Below, one piece after another: positions 61,708-64,000 of a DNA stretch of 64,000 nt. Made by a program: the position numbers and the translations under genes. The DNA comes from Podarcis pityusensis (lineage: Eukaryota). The notes beneath the pieces are model-generated. The model was not told the origin of the DNA, did not search any database, and worked only from the letters and a program-made list of their open reading frames with translations. Position 1 is the first letter of the stretch; each line of letters begins with the position of its first letter. The stretch lies in assembly GCA_964106645.2 (NCBI GenBank), contig OZ067038.1. The stretch is one strand, 5' to 3'.

Positions 61708-62449
61708 CTTACACCCTAGACAGTGTGAGCCAGCAGGGTCTGGAAGTAGTGGACTGTTTGCCACTTCACTTCCCTGATTTAGAATTGCTCTGTTAATCTC
61801 TTCCAAACGTCTATAGTAAGACTGTAGTGAAACGGACAAGAGGGATTCAACACTTACGTTTGAAAAAAGGAAACAAAAAGTGCTTGGTTTTTTTTAAGGC
61901 AGCAAAATTAGGTTTGTATTGGAGATCTCCATCTACTAGTAAGAAAACGGTAAGCTAAAATCATGAAAACAATGTTTCCTCTATTAGTAAAGAAACAGCA
62001 GATAAGAAAGCTGGCATGAAGTGATTTAATATCTCATCCACTATCTGGCTACGTAAAATAGTGCAGCGATGAATGAAATGGCACGATGATGTTTTGAGGT
62101 TGTGTGTGAATTTACTTGGGAAGGAACCGCAGGTGGATAAACTTCAGGTGTGTCATGAACTGCTGGCATTTTTCCTTTTTATACAACTAAGGCTGCACTC
62201 CTACACCCATTTACCTGGAAGAAAAGTCCCATTGAACTCAATAGGACTTACTTTTGATGTGACATGTACAGGATTGTGCTGCAAGGCAGTAATCTTATGT
62301 ATGCTTACTACAGAGGAAGTCCCAGTGAATGTAGCAGGATTAAACAGGTGTAGGATTAGGGCCAAAAGGCTGGTCAGACAGCAGTCAGATCAGGGTCACC
62401 CTGTGATCCCATGCATGCTCCCAATTGGGCAGGACTTGTTTATGAGTTC

Positions 62450-63480
62450 GTTTCATTTATGAATTGCTTCCTGTGAAAGATCTTGAAGGGATCTAATGAC
62501 AGATACATATATAAAACGTTTTCATTTTTGAAAACAGTAACAAGGTCATATAAAATCCATTTCAAATCCAATACAGAAATGTCAGCTGTAAAAGCTTGTC
62601 CAAAAAAGGAAGGCCTTCAACAGGTGTGAAAAAGAGGACACAGGTGGCATTTATCTCAAATGTAATGGGAGGGCATTCCAAAGGATATGTGCCACTATAC
62701 AAAAGCCCAATTCCTACATTGTATGGAACAGGCCTCCTGGTGAGATGGTATCTGCAGGAGGCCTCCTTCTGCAGACTGCAGTGATCAGTTAGGTATAGCA
62801 TTAGTGAGGTAATCTTTTAAGCATCCTGGTACCAAACTGTAGGTGGTTTTCTACAGCACCTTGAACTTAGCCAGGTAGCTAATTGGCAGCCACTGCAATT
62901 CTTTCAGGAACAGCAGTGTGATGCCAGTAGTCTACCCCAGTGAACAGTTGAGTTGCTCTGTTGTAACTTCTGGGCTAATCTCAAAAGTCCATCCTGGAGG
63001 CTACGAGCACATGGTATCAACTGGTAAACCTGGACCAGGACTACTTAATGCTTCCCCAGCTAAAGAATAGCATGCCACCATGGGGAAGAGTTGTTGGGCA
63101 AGATTCAACCAATGGCTCCCATAAGTGGAAGCCCATGCAAGGATTGTCTCTTGGGCAATGGAACTTTCCTCCTCTTGTGCCCCACCCCCAAAAAAAAATT
63201 GGCTCAGGGAGTAATTGGGAAAGTTCCCAGAGCAGCATGCAGGAGGAGGAAAGGTGGAATTGCTCTCACTGGGACAACGCTGATGGAGATTTGACACAGC
63301 ACAATGCTGGATTTGTCCCACTCAGCGTAGCTTTCTACTTGACCTTATAGGATGGTCATGTCCCTTCCTGAACAGAAGAGGGTCTTCTGCCTGAAGGGAT
63401 ATCCAAGCTATGTCCAGTTTGAAGATAAAGTACCATAAGAAAGAAGATCTGGAACCTTGACGTTGTCCATCAACTGGACA
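62450..63480 (-). mobile_element. Old L2 LINE remnant
   Basis: L2-like 3' region (ggaatgccctccc; aggccttc) and a degraded PQGS-like motif near 63150. Confidence 0.5.
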
Positions 63481-64000
63481 GCAGACTGGGTAGGCAGACT
63501 GGGGTCTCTGTAATGTATTAAGTGGCCACACGTTGCATTTCTAAGTGCAGAGAAATTGGGCTCTTTTGTTTGTTTTGAGACAGGGAGGTGGTCTAGGCTA
63601 CTTTTAGGGCTTTATGTAGGTTAAGCGAGATAAAACCCATGCATGCCATTCATCCTGCTGCCCGACTCAAAAACAAATTGGTGACAGATGCAGATTTTGC
63701 ATGGATTATTTATAAAAGGCAGTCGGTGATATTCAGAAATGTGTAGTATTTGACAATAGGCGGTTGTCAGATTGGAAAAGATCTGTATTTAATTTAGGGA
63801 GAAGGAGGCCAAAGAGGGAACGGGTGTGGTTAGAGAAAAAAGGTACTGGGTAGGCCATTTCAAAATGGGTCCCCTGTCATCTCAGGCTCACGAAATCCTG
63901 GATCCAGCCTTGTCTAAACAAACAAAAAGAGCTACCATGGCAACAATCCCTCAATTTTACGCCCTTGGCCCCTCAAGCTTCATAGCTTGCATTCGTGGGA

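Overview
Eukaryotic, repeat-rich, mostly non-coding DNA from a squamate reptile. A lacertid lizard is most likely, inferred from the co-occurrence of Sauria/Squam1, POM/Squam2-like and (CTT)n-tailed Squam3-like SINEs, BovB and CR1. No host protein-coding gene could be identified with confidence, so the window reads as a large intron or intergenic region. Main contents: (1) a near-full-length CR1 LINE at 9.2-13.1 kb (SGNH-esterase ORF1, EN-RT ORF2 with two opposing 1-nt indels) that runs into a 200-N gap; (2) an RTE-BovB copy at 20.7-23.1 kb whose 5' part is inverted in twin-priming geometry; (3) a 607-bp solo LTR with a 5-bp TSD, about 70% filled by a Pro/Ser-rich ORF carrying an HMGN-like RRSARL motif; (4) L1, L2 and other LINE remnants, many SINEs and hAT/Tc1-mariner/Harbinger MITEs with visible TSDs; (5) two local 150-170 bp duplications that look like microhomology-templated insertions; (6) several repeat-free blocks that resemble conserved non-coding elements, plus a few candidate exons. 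Family names come from recalled motifs, not from database searches.
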